From Patescibacteria group bacterium (GTDB taxonomy: Bacteria; Patescibacteriota; Microgenomatia; UBA12405), in NCBI GenBank assembly GCA_018902845.1, contig JAHIPV010000013.1, positions 82,766-146,765 on the forward strand: a DNA stretch of 64,000 nt, in the 5' to 3' direction. The number at the start of each line of letters is the position of its first letter. The stretch's first letter is position 1. Positions 1 to 8,932 of this stretch are shown piece after piece. The position numbers were made by a program, and so were the translations under genes. The notes below the pieces were generated by a model. It was given only the letters and a program-made list of their open reading frames with translations, was not told where the DNA came from and did not search any database.

Positions 1-411
1 TGCCACAAAAATCAACACTGCCAAAGTCGACAAAGCAATTGCCATTATTGTTTTTTGCATCAATTCCTTTCCCAAGGAAGGCCCCATGCTGGCAAAACGC
101 AATTCCTCAAATCCTTCATCTATATCACCAAGTTCGTCTTTTAGTTCTCTTCCTTTATCTACCTCTATATATTCACTCTTTATTACAAAATTACCTTCAT
201 TTTCAGAAATAATCGGCAGTCCTAACCCCTTTTTTTCAAAAGTATTATTTATGTCCTCTTTTTTAATTTTTTCACTTTTAAATTCCCATACTGTCCCGCC
301 ACCAAAATCAAGTCCGATCTTAAAACCCCATTTGTTTATTGAAAAAATCGAAAAAACCAACAAAAACAAGGATACAAGATAAAACATCGGTCTTAATTTC
401 ATTATATTCAC
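1..411 (-). CDS. secF: Protein translocase subunit SecF, 5' part (runs off window start)
   Basis: Hand translation from GTG at 411, overlapping the secD stop: ...KIGLDFGGGTVWE...FASMGPSLGKEL..., SecF motifs; directly follows secD. Confidence 0.9.
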   Translation of the reverse strand, partial: MNIMKLRPMFYLVSLFLLVFSIFSINKWGFKIGLDFGGGTVWEFKSEKIKKEDINNTFEKKGLGLPIISENEGNFVIKSEYIEVDKGRELKDELGDIDEGFEELRFASMGPSLGKELMQKTIMAIALSTLAVLIFVA

Positions 412-1775
412 GATTGTTTCTCCTTGGCAAACATTCTAAGCAAGTTTCTAGTTACAACAATTCCCGTAAAAAGACTGATTCCAATCCCCAAAAGCAATGT
501 GACGGCAAAACCTCGTACCATACCGGAACTATTTAAGAATTTCCAATTAAGAGGATTAAATAGAATTAATCCGGTAATCAAAGTACAGACATTGGCGTCT
601 TTAATCGAGTCCCACGCCTTTCCAAATCCAAGTTCCATTGCTACACTCCACGGTCGCCCCTTTCTTAATTCTTCCTTCATTCTTTCAAAAATCAAAATAT
701 TGCTGTCAACCGCCATACCAATGGACAAAATAAATCCAACAATGCCAGGAAAAGTTAGAGTTATCGGTATCAGTCTATAAAGGCTTAGGGTGATAAGTCC
801 GTATACCAATAAGCCGATATTAGCAATCAAACCCAGTCTCCCATAATTCCCTATCATAAACATTGCCAGTATTATTAATCCGACCATTCCAGCCCTAAGG
901 CCCTTTTTTATGCTGTCTTTTCCCAGCGTTGCCCCAATTTTGTCCTGGGAAATCAGTTTTATAGGCATAGGTAAGGCACCGGCATTTAGTTGAGCTGACA
1001 ATGACTTAGCCTCTTTTAAGTCAAAATTCCCGCTTATAATCGCCTTGCCGTCCTTAATTACGTCATTGACGGTTGGAAAAGTAACAAGTCCGCTATCCAA
1101 AAAAATTGCAATTCTTTTACCAATCATGTCTTGGGTAGCCTTTTCAAATAGTTTAGCCCCTGTTTCATCAAATTCCAGTGCTACTTCGGCTTTTCCCGTA
1201 TTGTTGTTTATAACCACGTCACTTTTAGTCAAGTTTGAACCGGTTAGTCCTGTTTCTTTGGAAAACAAATCATAAACAGTGGCGCTTTCCGTTGCCTCCG
1301 GTGGAATTTCCACCTCTCCAAAAAATTCTAATTTAGCGGTTTGCCCCATTAAGCTTGCCGCTTGATCAATGTCTTCTATTCCGGGAAGTTCCACTATTAA
1401 TCTATCTGATTCTTCTTCTTTTAGTATTTGCACGTTGGCCTCACTGAGTCCAAATATATTAACCCTCCTTTCAATGTTTTCTTTTAAAGAAACGGTTGCC
1501 TTGTCTTTGTCTTCTTGATTAATTTCACTACTGTCAATCTCAAAAAGCAATCTAACTCCTCCGGCCAAGTCCAGTCCATACTTCAAATCCAGATCTTTTT
1601 TAAAGTTAAAATTTCCCCAAGAAAAATCTATTTTTGGTTTTTTTAAATCATATTCCTGATTAATTTTCCACCAATGAATTTTAATAGGGATATTTTGGGG
1701 CATATTTATTACCAAACCTAGCAAGCCTAATGCCAATATTGCCCAAAAAATCTTTTTTGTTCTTTTATTATTCAT
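408..1775 (-). CDS. secD: Protein translocase subunit SecD
   Basis: GLDLAGG, LNAGALP, IGATLG and GMAVDSNILIFER motifs. Confidence 0.97.
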   Translation of the reverse strand: MNNKRTKKIFWAILALGLLGLVINMPQNIPIKIHWWKINQEYDLKKPKIDFSWGNFNFKKDLDLKYGLDLAGGVRLLFEIDSSEINQEDKDKATVSLKENIERRVNIFGLSEANVQILKEEESDRLIVELPGIEDIDQAASLMGQTAKLEFFGEVEIPPEATESATVYDLFSKETGLTGSNLTKSDVVINNNTGKAEVALEFDETGAKLFEKATQDMIGKRIAIFLDSGLVTFPTVNDVIKDGKAIISGNFDLKEAKSLSAQLNAGALPMPIKLISQDKIGATLGKDSIKKGLRAGMVGLIILAMFMIGNYGRLGLIANIGLLVYGLITLSLYRLIPITLTFPGIVGFILSIGMAVDSNILIFERMKEELRKGRPWSVAMELGFGKAWDSIKDANVCTLITGLILFNPLNWKFLNSSGMVRGFAVTLLLGIGISLFTGIVVTRNLLRMFAKEKQS

Positions 1776-1807
1776 CGCTTTTACATTTTTTATTTATCTT
1801 TAGTATA

Positions 1808-1937
1808 AGACTGTTGAATAACATCTCCACATCGTCATCCTGAGTGTAGCGAAGGATCTAGCGTTAGCGTAAAATACGGCACTTCGTGCCTAGATTTTTC
1901 ACTTCGTTCAGAATGACAAAGAGTTGTTCAACAGTCT
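1808..1937 (+). repeat. MITE/REP-like palindromic element (GTCATCCTGAG...GAAGGATC family) with outer inverted repeats
   Basis: AGACTGTTGAATAAC / GTTGTTCAACAGTCT outer inverted repeat enclosing GTCATCCTGAGTGTAGCGAAGGATCTA ... TAGATTTTTCACTTCGTTCAGAATGAC. Confidence 0.8.
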
Positions 1938-2004
1938 GAGTATTTGTTTTGAGTTTTGCTTGTCCTCCATAGCTTTAGCGAAGGAGGAAATTTTAAATTT
2001 TAAT

Positions 2005-2190
2005 TTATTTACTTACCAACGATAATTGTTGAGCCTTACCGGAAAAAATATAAGTTATTCTTGCTTTTGGTCTATTAACCTTTATCCGACCAACATCCCC
2101 CTCTCTGATGTTGAAACTTTTAGCTATTTTTGACGGAATAGTCAAAGCCAAGCTATTTCCGGTTTTGATTACTTTTCTAAATTTTGCCAC
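2005..2190 (-). CDS. AbrB/MazE/SpoVT-family DNA-binding protein
   Basis: RKVIKTGNSLALTIP...FNIREGD swapped-hairpin motif. Confidence 0.8.
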   Translation of the reverse strand: MAKFRKVIKTGNSLALTIPSKIAKSFNIREGDVGRIKVNRPKARITYIFSGKAQQLSLVSK

Positions 2191-2773
2191 TTATATTTCT
2201 AGTATTTCCTATTATAACAACTGGTAGGTTCAAAAAAAAATCAACCAAAAAAGGATCCCTTCTCAAAATTCTCATTTTAAATTCTTTCCTGTCCATCAAC
2301 ATATAATTGATTTCCTGTTTCCTGTCTTTTTCTTCATCTTTTATGTATGAATCTAACAATCCCAAGTTAACTTTTCCCACTACCACTAAATCAACCGAAC
2401 CAATCGGAGAACGTTTGCCATTTGCAAATGAATTGCTATATATAAGATATTTTAATTTTCCCAATCGATTTTGTCTTTTAATTATTTTTGCCCCCAAGCC
2501 GGTTGTTTTGTTCATTAATACCAGCAAATCACGATAAAAAATTGAATCAAAATTAGTCCAGTAATAAATTTTATTCCCTCTAGGCTCACTTTCAATCACT
2601 CCGATTTTTAACAAATTCGCCAACTCTCTTCTGACTGAGTTGATTTCCTCTTTGCTTATTCTTACTAATTCGCGCACAAAGTACATCTCTCCTGGTTCCT
2701 TAAAAAAAATACCCAACAAACCAAGCCTCGTTCTCGAAGTTAGTAAAAGTTTTAATTTTTTATTCACTAGCAT
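2177..2773 (-). CDS. Winged-helix protein with C-terminal nucleotidyltransferase-like domain
   Basis: SRTR..LL..F....YFVREL.R.....NSVRREL HTH; YSNSFA...SVDLVVVG degenerate MNT-like motif. Confidence 0.7.
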   Translation of the reverse strand: MLVNKKLKLLLTSRTRLGLLGIFFKEPGEMYFVRELVRISKEEINSVRRELANLLKIGVIESEPRGNKIYYWTNFDSIFYRDLLVLMNKTTGLGAKIIKRQNRLGKLKYLIYSNSFANGKRSPIGSVDLVVVGKVNLGLLDSYIKDEEKDRKQEINYMLMDRKEFKMRILRRDPFLVDFFLNLPVVIIGNTRNISGKI

Positions 2774-4010
2774 ATTCTACTTTTGTACCCAAAGGCAGAA
2801 TTTCAACCCAAGTCCTTCCAGGCACAAAACCTATTTCTTTACCGCTACTGTTTTTAAATATTGTTCTGGCCGTCCTAGATTTTTTCGACCAGTTAATATC
2901 AATTTCTTTTCCGTTTTGTAGTAATACTCCCTTACCGCTACCTATCACTTCATACAAATTGTGTTTGTGTTCATCAATAGACCTGCTTTCTTTACTAAAC
3001 TGAATCAAAATATTTTTTGCAGTTAAAGTTTCCTCGGTATTAAAATCGATCTGTTTTTTGTCTGCGTTATATCTTTCATATTCGTTAGCTTCTTGGTTAT
3101 ATTTCCATTCAACCAAATATTCATCATCACCCCAAAATCCGAAACTGATACTTTTCGCTTCTGTACCACTATCAATTCCGTCTTCATCAAAACTCCATTC
3201 ATCAAAATCTTTATCCCATGAATTTTTACTCATCGCAGTCATGTTAGTCAAACCTCTTTCCTCGGCAACATTCCACAATTCCTCCGTAGAGCAATACATG
3301 GTATGTTCAGCCGCTCTGATCTCTCCGGTCCTTTCTTTTTCTCTTCGGCAAACTTTGTAAGACAAGGAAAACTGGCTTAAATCAGACCAACTGCCCTTAT
3401 TATTCCAACCGTAACCGGCGATTTGCTCAATTGCTTGTGCTTTGCTCTGAGTTGTACATGGTCCTGATTGCCTGCCGGTGCTTGGGTCTTTTGGTGCACT
3501 GCAGTTGGCTCCGCCCACGTGAGCATAAAGGGGATAATCTGAATATTCAGAGGCTATGTCAAGAAAGTAAGTCCTGGCTGACCTAACCGGTCCTACGTCA
3601 TAGTTTTTGCTGGCACCTCTAACGGCATTGCAATAATAAACAGCTATAAATCTTGTTATACCGCCTTCCGCTATCGCCTCGTAAACAACATCAGCATTTT
3701 GTAATCCGGATTGTGGTCGCGAATCAACATGATTTTCAATCATTACCAGTAACGGTCGTCTTTTTTCCCAAATTTCTTTTTCTTCTTTTGTAAATAATTG
3801 TCCATTAATAGGACATTTTTCAGTTTTTGGTCCTTCAAATTCCAAAACTCCTGTTATTTTTTTCTCTTCATTTTTACTTTCGTTGTCTACTTCGTCACTT
3901 TTAGCATTTTTTACCTGAGGTAAAAAATTATCAAAGGACCAATACGACAATCCGGAAAAAAATAAAAATAAACCGGCCAAAAACACAACCATTTGATTTT
4001 TTTTGTTCAT
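2760..4010 (-). CDS. DUF3048 (YerB-like) membrane-anchored protein
   Basis: RPLLVMIENH..SRPQSGL..ADVVYE..AEGGITRF and GPVRSAR motifs; N-terminal TM helix. Confidence 0.85.
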   Translation of the reverse strand: MNKKNQMVVFLAGLFLFFSGLSYWSFDNFLPQVKNAKSDEVDNESKNEEKKITGVLEFEGPKTEKCPINGQLFTKEEKEIWEKRRPLLVMIENHVDSRPQSGLQNADVVYEAIAEGGITRFIAVYYCNAVRGASKNYDVGPVRSARTYFLDIASEYSDYPLYAHVGGANCSAPKDPSTGRQSGPCTTQSKAQAIEQIAGYGWNNKGSWSDLSQFSLSYKVCRREKERTGEIRAAEHTMYCSTEELWNVAEERGLTNMTAMSKNSWDKDFDEWSFDEDGIDSGTEAKSISFGFWGDDEYLVEWKYNQEANEYERYNADKKQIDFNTEETLTAKNILIQFSKESRSIDEHKHNLYEVIGSGKGVLLQNGKEIDINWSKKSRTARTIFKNSSGKEIGFVPGRTWVEILPLGTKVEYASE

Positions 4011-4014
4011 TTGT

Positions 4015-4383
4015 TCAAGAAACTTTTAATGCTTTTTTAATGGCTAGCTCTTCCTCTTTGGATAAAGTAATTCCATCTGCTTTGCCATTTTTAACTCGCT
4101 TAGAATAAATTCTGGTATTTTTTCTACCATGGAGCGATGTTACTATAATACCCGAATTGTCTGAATCAAGCAAAACCAAAACAAAACTCTGATTGCCACC
4201 TAGCTCGTTAAATGGATTAAATCGATGTAAACTAACTTTTTGGATACACTTTTCTCCCAAAAAAGAGCCATTCTTTTTTTCCTTTGCCGAAAACAAAGCA
4301 TTTTTTCTTGTTTTAGCTACCAAAAAGGCTAGATAAAGCAAAGCCAGAAAATTAATAATTATCAGTAATCTGTTCAAAAGCAT
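4015..4383 (-). CDS. DUF4446 family protein
   Basis: RFNPFNELGGNQSF..VLLD....G...TSLHGR..TRIYSK motif. Confidence 0.8.
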   Translation of the reverse strand: MLLNRLLIIINFLALLYLAFLVAKTRKNALFSAKEKKNGSFLGEKCIQKVSLHRFNPFNELGGNQSFVLVLLDSDNSGIIVTSLHGRKNTRIYSKRVKNGKADGITLSKEEELAIKKALKVS

Positions 4384-4425
4384 TTATTTATTGTATCAGT
4401 TCTTATGCTATACTAGCTTTGAATT

Positions 4426-4638
4426 ATGGCCAAGAAAAGTAAGCGAAATAAGCAGAACAAACGAAAGCGCACTTCGCTCCCGGTAGAGAGCAGTTTTCCG
4501 AAGACAAAAAAACAATCAACGCCTGTTTTGCCCGAAGCATCCACACCAAATTACCTCAAAAAAGACCTTGTCAAAAGCTTGTTTTTGAGTTTGCTTGCAA
4601 TTTTAGCTTTACTCACTGTATATTGGACTCAGAAGTAA
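4426..4638 (+). CDS. Small basic membrane protein
   Basis: Basic N-terminus, C-terminal TM helix, TGCTATACT promoter upstream. Confidence 0.6.
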   Translation: MAKKSKRNKQNKRKRTSLPVESSFPKTKKQSTPVLPEASTPNYLKKDLVKSLFLSLLAILALLTVYWTQK

Positions 4639-4764
4639 AATCTAAAATTTTAATATTTAAATTTTGAAATTGTTTAGAATTTAGATATTAGAGTTTAAAA
4701 TTTCAATAATTTTGGAAATTTAGATTTTAAATTTTAGATTTAACTTAAAAGGAGGTGGTAATTA

Positions 4765-4926
4765 ATGGCAATGATAACTTTTTATTGTGTAAAATGTCGT
4801 GCAAAAAAAGACGTAGATGAAGAAAAGTGTGAAAAGGTGACGCTTAAAAACGGCAGACCAGCGGCAAAAACCGTTTGTCCAGACTGTGGCACAGGTATGT
4901 TCAAGATTCTACCCAAAAGCGCATAA
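4765..4926 (+). CDS. DUF5679-like zinc-ribbon protein, 53 aa (below the ORF-track cutoff)
   Basis: MAMITFYCVKCRAKK...KNGRPAAKTVCPDCGTGMFKIL; strong SD AAGGAGGT at 4749-4756. Confidence 0.85.
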   Translation: MAMITFYCVKCRAKKDVDEEKCEKVTLKNGRPAAKTVCPDCGTGMFKILPKSA

Positions 4927-4938
4927 AATATTTTAAAT

Positions 4939-4970
4939 TAACCCCGGCTTTTAATAGACGGGGTTAATTT
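4939..4970 (+). terminator. Probable intrinsic terminator
   Basis: TAACCCCG...CGGGGTTA stem followed by a T-rich tract. Confidence 0.55.
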
Positions 4971-4990
4971 GTTATTGTATAATCCTTCTT

Positions 4991-5198
4991 AAGAATAAAA
5001 GGATCAACCCCGCCACGGCGGGGAGGAAAGTCCGGACCACAAAAGGCAAAAAAAGCTCTGCTACAGAGACGAGAAATGTGAAACGAGTATCTTTTTTGTG
5101 GAAATCTCAAAAATGAACGTTAATATCTAGCCTTTGAGAGTTCAAGGTAGAGAGAGTAGATAGATGATCCATAAACAAAATCCGGCTTATTTATTCTT
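4991..5198 (+). ncRNA. rnpB: RNase P RNA, minimal (~208 nt)
   Basis: GAGGAAAGTCCGG (5023-5035) and AAACAAAATCCGGCTTAT (5173-5190) conserved P4 strands; P1 AAGAATAA/TTATTCTT; P2 GGATCA/TGATCC. Confidence 0.9.
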
Positions 5199-5208
5199 TT
5201 GTAAAATT

Positions 5209-6201
5209 TTATTTCTTTTCTTTCCAAAAAACCTTTATCAGAGTTTCAGTGGTCAAATAAGCCGGTATTGCCAAAACCGCCCCTGATATTCCCGCTAGCT
5301 TTGCTCCAATTGCTAATAAAAATATCGTTACCAAAGGATTCAGTCCTACCGCCGTTTTCATCACTTTTGGCACAATAAAATTATTTTCAATTTGTTGTAC
5401 AGTTATTCCCCAAACCAAAGACAATAAACCCAAAACAGGGGACATGGAAAAACCTATTATCATCGCCACTATAGTCGCAACGGTTGGTCCAATATTTGGA
5501 ACCAATTCCAATATTCCTGCCAAAATAGCCAATGGTACGGCAAATTGCAAACCAAGAATCAAATAACCAACATAAGATAACAATCCGACCGCCAGCATGA
5601 GAATCAGTTCTGCGTTAACCCACGAACCCAGTCTTTTTTCCAAGTGTTCCATTATTTTCATCGTTTTCTGGCTTCCTTTTTTGCCAAAAAGGTCAAGACT
5701 GTATTTTTTGAATTTCTTTCTTTCTACCAAAAGATAAAAAGTTATCATCAAAACCAAAAAACCGGAAAAAAGGTTAGAAAAAACTGACAAGGTGGCTTTG
5801 GTAATATTGGCCGGCAAATTTTCTAATATTTTTAACTGAGAAGAGATATCCATTGCCGACAAACCAAAAAAGTTTATTTCTTCTATTAACCTCGGAAAAG
5901 AATTAATCAGTCCTGTTGTTTGTTCTATTAATACCGGAATCACTCCGGCAATTCCAAAAGACAAAAAAGTTAACATGATAATATACAAAAAAACTATCGC
6001 CACTCCTCTTGGTATCTTAAATTTTTCTAATCTCTCCACGGTTGGATTAAGAGATTCCATCAGAATAAAACAGATAAAAAACAGTACTAGCAATTCTCTG
6101 ATTTTCCACACCAACAGCAAAGAACCCAAAAAGATAACAGCAAATATTATTGTTTTGTGTGAAATTTCAATTTTATGTACTTGTTTTTCTTCTTTTTTCA
6201 T
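5209..6201 (-). CDS. AI-2E family transporter
   Basis: Multi-TM protein; LELVPNIGP, QQIENNFIVPKVM...VGLNPL motifs. Confidence 0.9.
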   Translation of the reverse strand: MKKEEKQVHKIEISHKTIIFAVIFLGSLLLVWKIRELLVLFFICFILMESLNPTVERLEKFKIPRGVAIVFLYIIMLTFLSFGIAGVIPVLIEQTTGLINSFPRLIEEINFFGLSAMDISSQLKILENLPANITKATLSVFSNLFSGFLVLMITFYLLVERKKFKKYSLDLFGKKGSQKTMKIMEHLEKRLGSWVNAELILMLAVGLLSYVGYLILGLQFAVPLAILAGILELVPNIGPTVATIVAMIIGFSMSPVLGLLSLVWGITVQQIENNFIVPKVMKTAVGLNPLVTIFLLAIGAKLAGISGAVLAIPAYLTTETLIKVFWKEKK

Positions 6202-6228
6202 AATCCTATTGTAGCATTTTTAACACTC

Positions 6229-6390
6229 GTCATCCCGAACTTGCCCCCCCGTCATCCTGAGTGAGTTTTACGACCGAAGGATCCCCTCGGAACCAAATCT
6301 TGCCTTTGAGATTCTTCGCTCCCGCTCAGAATGACGCCCCACCCGTCATCCTGACCCCCCGTCATCCTGAGCTTGCCGAAGGATCCCCTA
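6229..6390 (+). repeat. Cluster of GTCATCC(T/C)GA palindromic repeats; the last one supplies the miaA stop codon
   Basis: Starts at 6229, 6251, 6345 and 6361, plus a complementary half ending CTCAGAATGAC. Confidence 0.85.
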
Positions 6391-7516
6391 GCCATTTTTT
6401 CACCATTTTTTCAATCTCTTTTTTATATTCTTTTTTTCCTATATCAAAAATTATTGCTTCCTTTCTTTTTTTAAACCACACCCGCTGTCTTTTTGCATAT
6501 CTATGTTCATCCATTCTCCACCTCTCAATAGCGTCACCCCGAGCACACGCCGTCATCCTGAGTCTGTCGAAGGATCCCATCGGAATTTTACCCACCTTTT
6601 CGAAATACTCTTCAAACTCTTTATACGCCAGCGTATTCATCCCCGGATCACTCCACTTATATTTTTTCAGCAACCCCTCAATTTCACCCAACAGTCCCTG
6701 TTTTAATCTTTTTTTAATTCTTTTATCAATTCTTTTTTTAATTAATTCTCTATTTCCTGTTAGTGACACATGCAAACAATCAAAATCAATGTCACCCCGC
6801 CCTGGCGGGGTCTCCGTCGGAATCTTACTCAACCTAATCTCTATCTTTCTTATCAATCTATGTCTATTATTTTTTTCTGAATTGTTTAATTTATCAAAAC
6901 TCTTTTTATCCAAAACCTTATAAACATTTCTAATCAGACCTGTAGAACACTTGTTCAATATCAATCTTAATAACTTATTCGGCTTTATCAAAAAATTCTT
7001 TTTCATATTCAAAATCGCATCAATATAAAATCCCGTACCTCCCACCACGATTGGTAGCTTTCCTTTTCCATAAATTTCCTCAACAGCTACTTCAAAACAC
7101 CCCAACCAATCCACTACGCTAAATTCTTTATCCGGTTCTACCACATCCAGCAGCCAAACCGGCATACTATCAATTTCATAATATCCAACATCAAACGCGT
7201 CATTCCGACCGAAGCGGAGGAATCTCTGAACTCGTTTCAGTATTCCAACATCAAACGCGTCATTCCGACCGAAGCGGAGGAATCTCTGAACTCGTTTCAG
7301 TATTCCAACATCAAAATTAAAAAGTTTGGAAATTGTGATTTGTGATTTGTGATTTACCGGCAGGTCTTTGCCGGTTCCTATATCCATTCCCTTATAAATT
7401 TGCCTAGAATCAGCCGAAATCAATTCCCCGTTAAACTTTTTGGCCAATTTCACCGCCAAACCTGTTTTTCCGCTGGCCGTCACTCCAGAAATAATTAAAA
7501 GCCTTTGTTTTACCAT
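6362..7516 (-). CDS. miaA: tRNA dimethylallyltransferase with several in-frame repeat-derived insertions
   Basis: GVTASGKT, ISADSRQIYKGMDIGTGK, VVGGTGFY, YAKRQ..WF motifs; start placed at MVKQRLL. Confidence 0.95.
   Translation of the reverse strand: MVKQRLLIISGVTASGKTGLAVKLAKKFNGELISADSRQIYKGMDIGTGKDLPVNHKSQITISKLFNFDVGILKRVQRFLRFGRNDAFDVGILKRVQRFLRFGRNDAFDVGYYEIDSMPVWLLDVVEPDKEFSVVDWLGCFEVAVEEIYGKGKLPIVVGGTGFYIDAILNMKKNFLIKPNKLLRLILNKCSTGLIRNVYKVLDKKSFDKLNNSEKNNRHRLIRKIEIRLSKIPTETPPGRGDIDFDCLHVSLTGNRELIKKRIDKRIKKRLKQGLLGEIEGLLKKYKWSDPGMNTLAYKEFEEYFEKVGKIPMGSFDRLRMTACARGDAIERWRMDEHRYAKRQRVWFKKRKEAIIFDIGKKEYKKEIEKMVKKWLGDPSASSG
7184..7315 (+). repeat. Perfect 60-bp tandem repeat (2 copies + 12 bp) inside miaA
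   Basis: TCCAACATCAAA at 7184, 7244 and 7304, separated by identical 48-bp segments. Confidence 0.97.
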
Positions 7517-7523
7517 GTAAGTT

Positions 7524-8588
7524 TCACACATTAAATCTAAACTCAACCACATCATCAGCCTTCATTTTGTATTCTTTCCCCTCTAGTCTTAATTTACCCG
7601 CTTCTTTGGCTCCCAGCCATCCCTTATACTCCACAAAATCAGTATAAGAAATAATTGCCGCTGCAATAAAACCTCTTTCAAAATCACTATGTATCACCCC
7701 CGCCGCTTCAGGGGCTTTGCTATCGATTCTGGTAGTCCAGGCCCTGGCTTCTTTTTCACCGGCAGTATAAAAAGATTGCAAACCCAATGTTTCATAAGCT
7801 CTCCCTATCACTCTTTCCAGCCCCGATTCTTCCAGCCCCAAATCTTTTAAATATTTTTCTCTTTCCTCCTTAGAAAAATCGGCCAACTCCGCCTCTAGTT
7901 TGGCGCAAACCGGCACTACTTCCCAATTTTGGAAATTTAGATTTGAGATTTTAGATTTGCTATACGTATCCTCGTCCACATTAACTACAATAAAAAACGG
8001 CTTTAAAGTTAACAAAAAAAACTCTTTTATCATCTTTTTTTCATCTTCATCTAATTCAATTCGACTAGCCAATACTCCCTTTTCCAGCTCCGATTTCAGT
8101 TTTAATGCCAATTCATATTTATCTATTTCCTCTTTCTTTTTTTTACTGGAATCAATATACCTGTCAATACCTTCAAGATCTTTGATAATCAATTCGGCGC
8201 AAACCACCTCAAAATCTCCATCAGGATCAGTTGAACCGGCCCTAGCCACGTTTACATCAGAAAAATTTCTGACTACATGGCAAATCGCATCGCATTCACG
8301 GATATTATTCAAAAATTTATTTCCCAAACCCTCTCCCTCTGCCGCTCCTTTCACTAATCCGGCTATGTCTACAAACTCAACTACTGCCGGTACAAGTCTT
8401 TTGCTTTTGGCAATTTCTCCCAATATTGGTAATTTTTTGTCAGGCACTCCAACAATTCCTACATTAGGCTCAATGGTGCAAAAAGGATAATTACTGGCGT
8501 CTGCAATTTGCCGGCCCAATAGGGCGTTAAACAAAGTAGATTTTCCCACGTTTGGCAATCCCACTATCCCAATACTTAATTTACTCAT
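7524..8588 (-). CDS. ychF: Redox-regulated ATPase YchF
   Basis: GIVGLPNVGKST, NYPFCTIEPN, DIAGLV.GA..GEGLGNKFL, AAGVIHSDFERGFI. Confidence 0.97.
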   Translation of the reverse strand: MSKLSIGIVGLPNVGKSTLFNALLGRQIADASNYPFCTIEPNVGIVGVPDKKLPILGEIAKSKRLVPAVVEFVDIAGLVKGAAEGEGLGNKFLNNIRECDAICHVVRNFSDVNVARAGSTDPDGDFEVVCAELIIKDLEGIDRYIDSSKKKKEEIDKYELALKLKSELEKGVLASRIELDEDEKKMIKEFFLLTLKPFFIVVNVDEDTYSKSKISNLNFQNWEVVPVCAKLEAELADFSKEEREKYLKDLGLEESGLERVIGRAYETLGLQSFYTAGEKEARAWTTRIDSKAPEAAGVIHSDFERGFIAAAIISYTDFVEYKGWLGAKEAGKLRLEGKEYKMKADDVVEFRFNV

Positions 8589-8613
8589 AGCCTATTTTAT
8601 CTTATTTCTCTAT

Positions 8614-8811
8614 CTACGACTGTATTATATATTTTTTTCTGTTTGTCAGTCTTGTCATCGGGACACACCTTACCTGGGGTTGCCCCAGTAATCTTATTTG
8701 TATTCTTTGGGCAACTTTAGCATCCCACCTGCCATCTCTTGTCGCCCGCAACACGCACAAGTCAAAAATTCTTTGCACCTCAGGACTCGCTAAACATCCT
8801 TTCTTTTTCAT
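8614..8811 (-). CDS. Small hypothetical protein
   Basis: ATG at 8811 preceded by TATAAT at leaderless spacing; no recognisable motif. Confidence 0.4.
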   Translation of the reverse strand: MKKKGCLASPEVQRIFDLCVLRATRDGRWDAKVAQRIQIRLLGQPQVRCVPMTRLTNRKKYIIQS

Positions 8812-8932
8812 ACTAGATATTATAACCCATTTTTTTAAAAATACACACTCAATATCCACCCAAAATTTGACAAAAGCCCAAAAAACAATAAAATATACTA
8901 CAAGACTTTATAATTAAACAAAATACTCAAAA

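Noticed and set aside
7184-7315. Possible CRISPR array (repeats at regular spacing)
   Set aside because: The intervening segments are identical rather than unique spacers, the array lies in frame in miaA, and there are no cas genes
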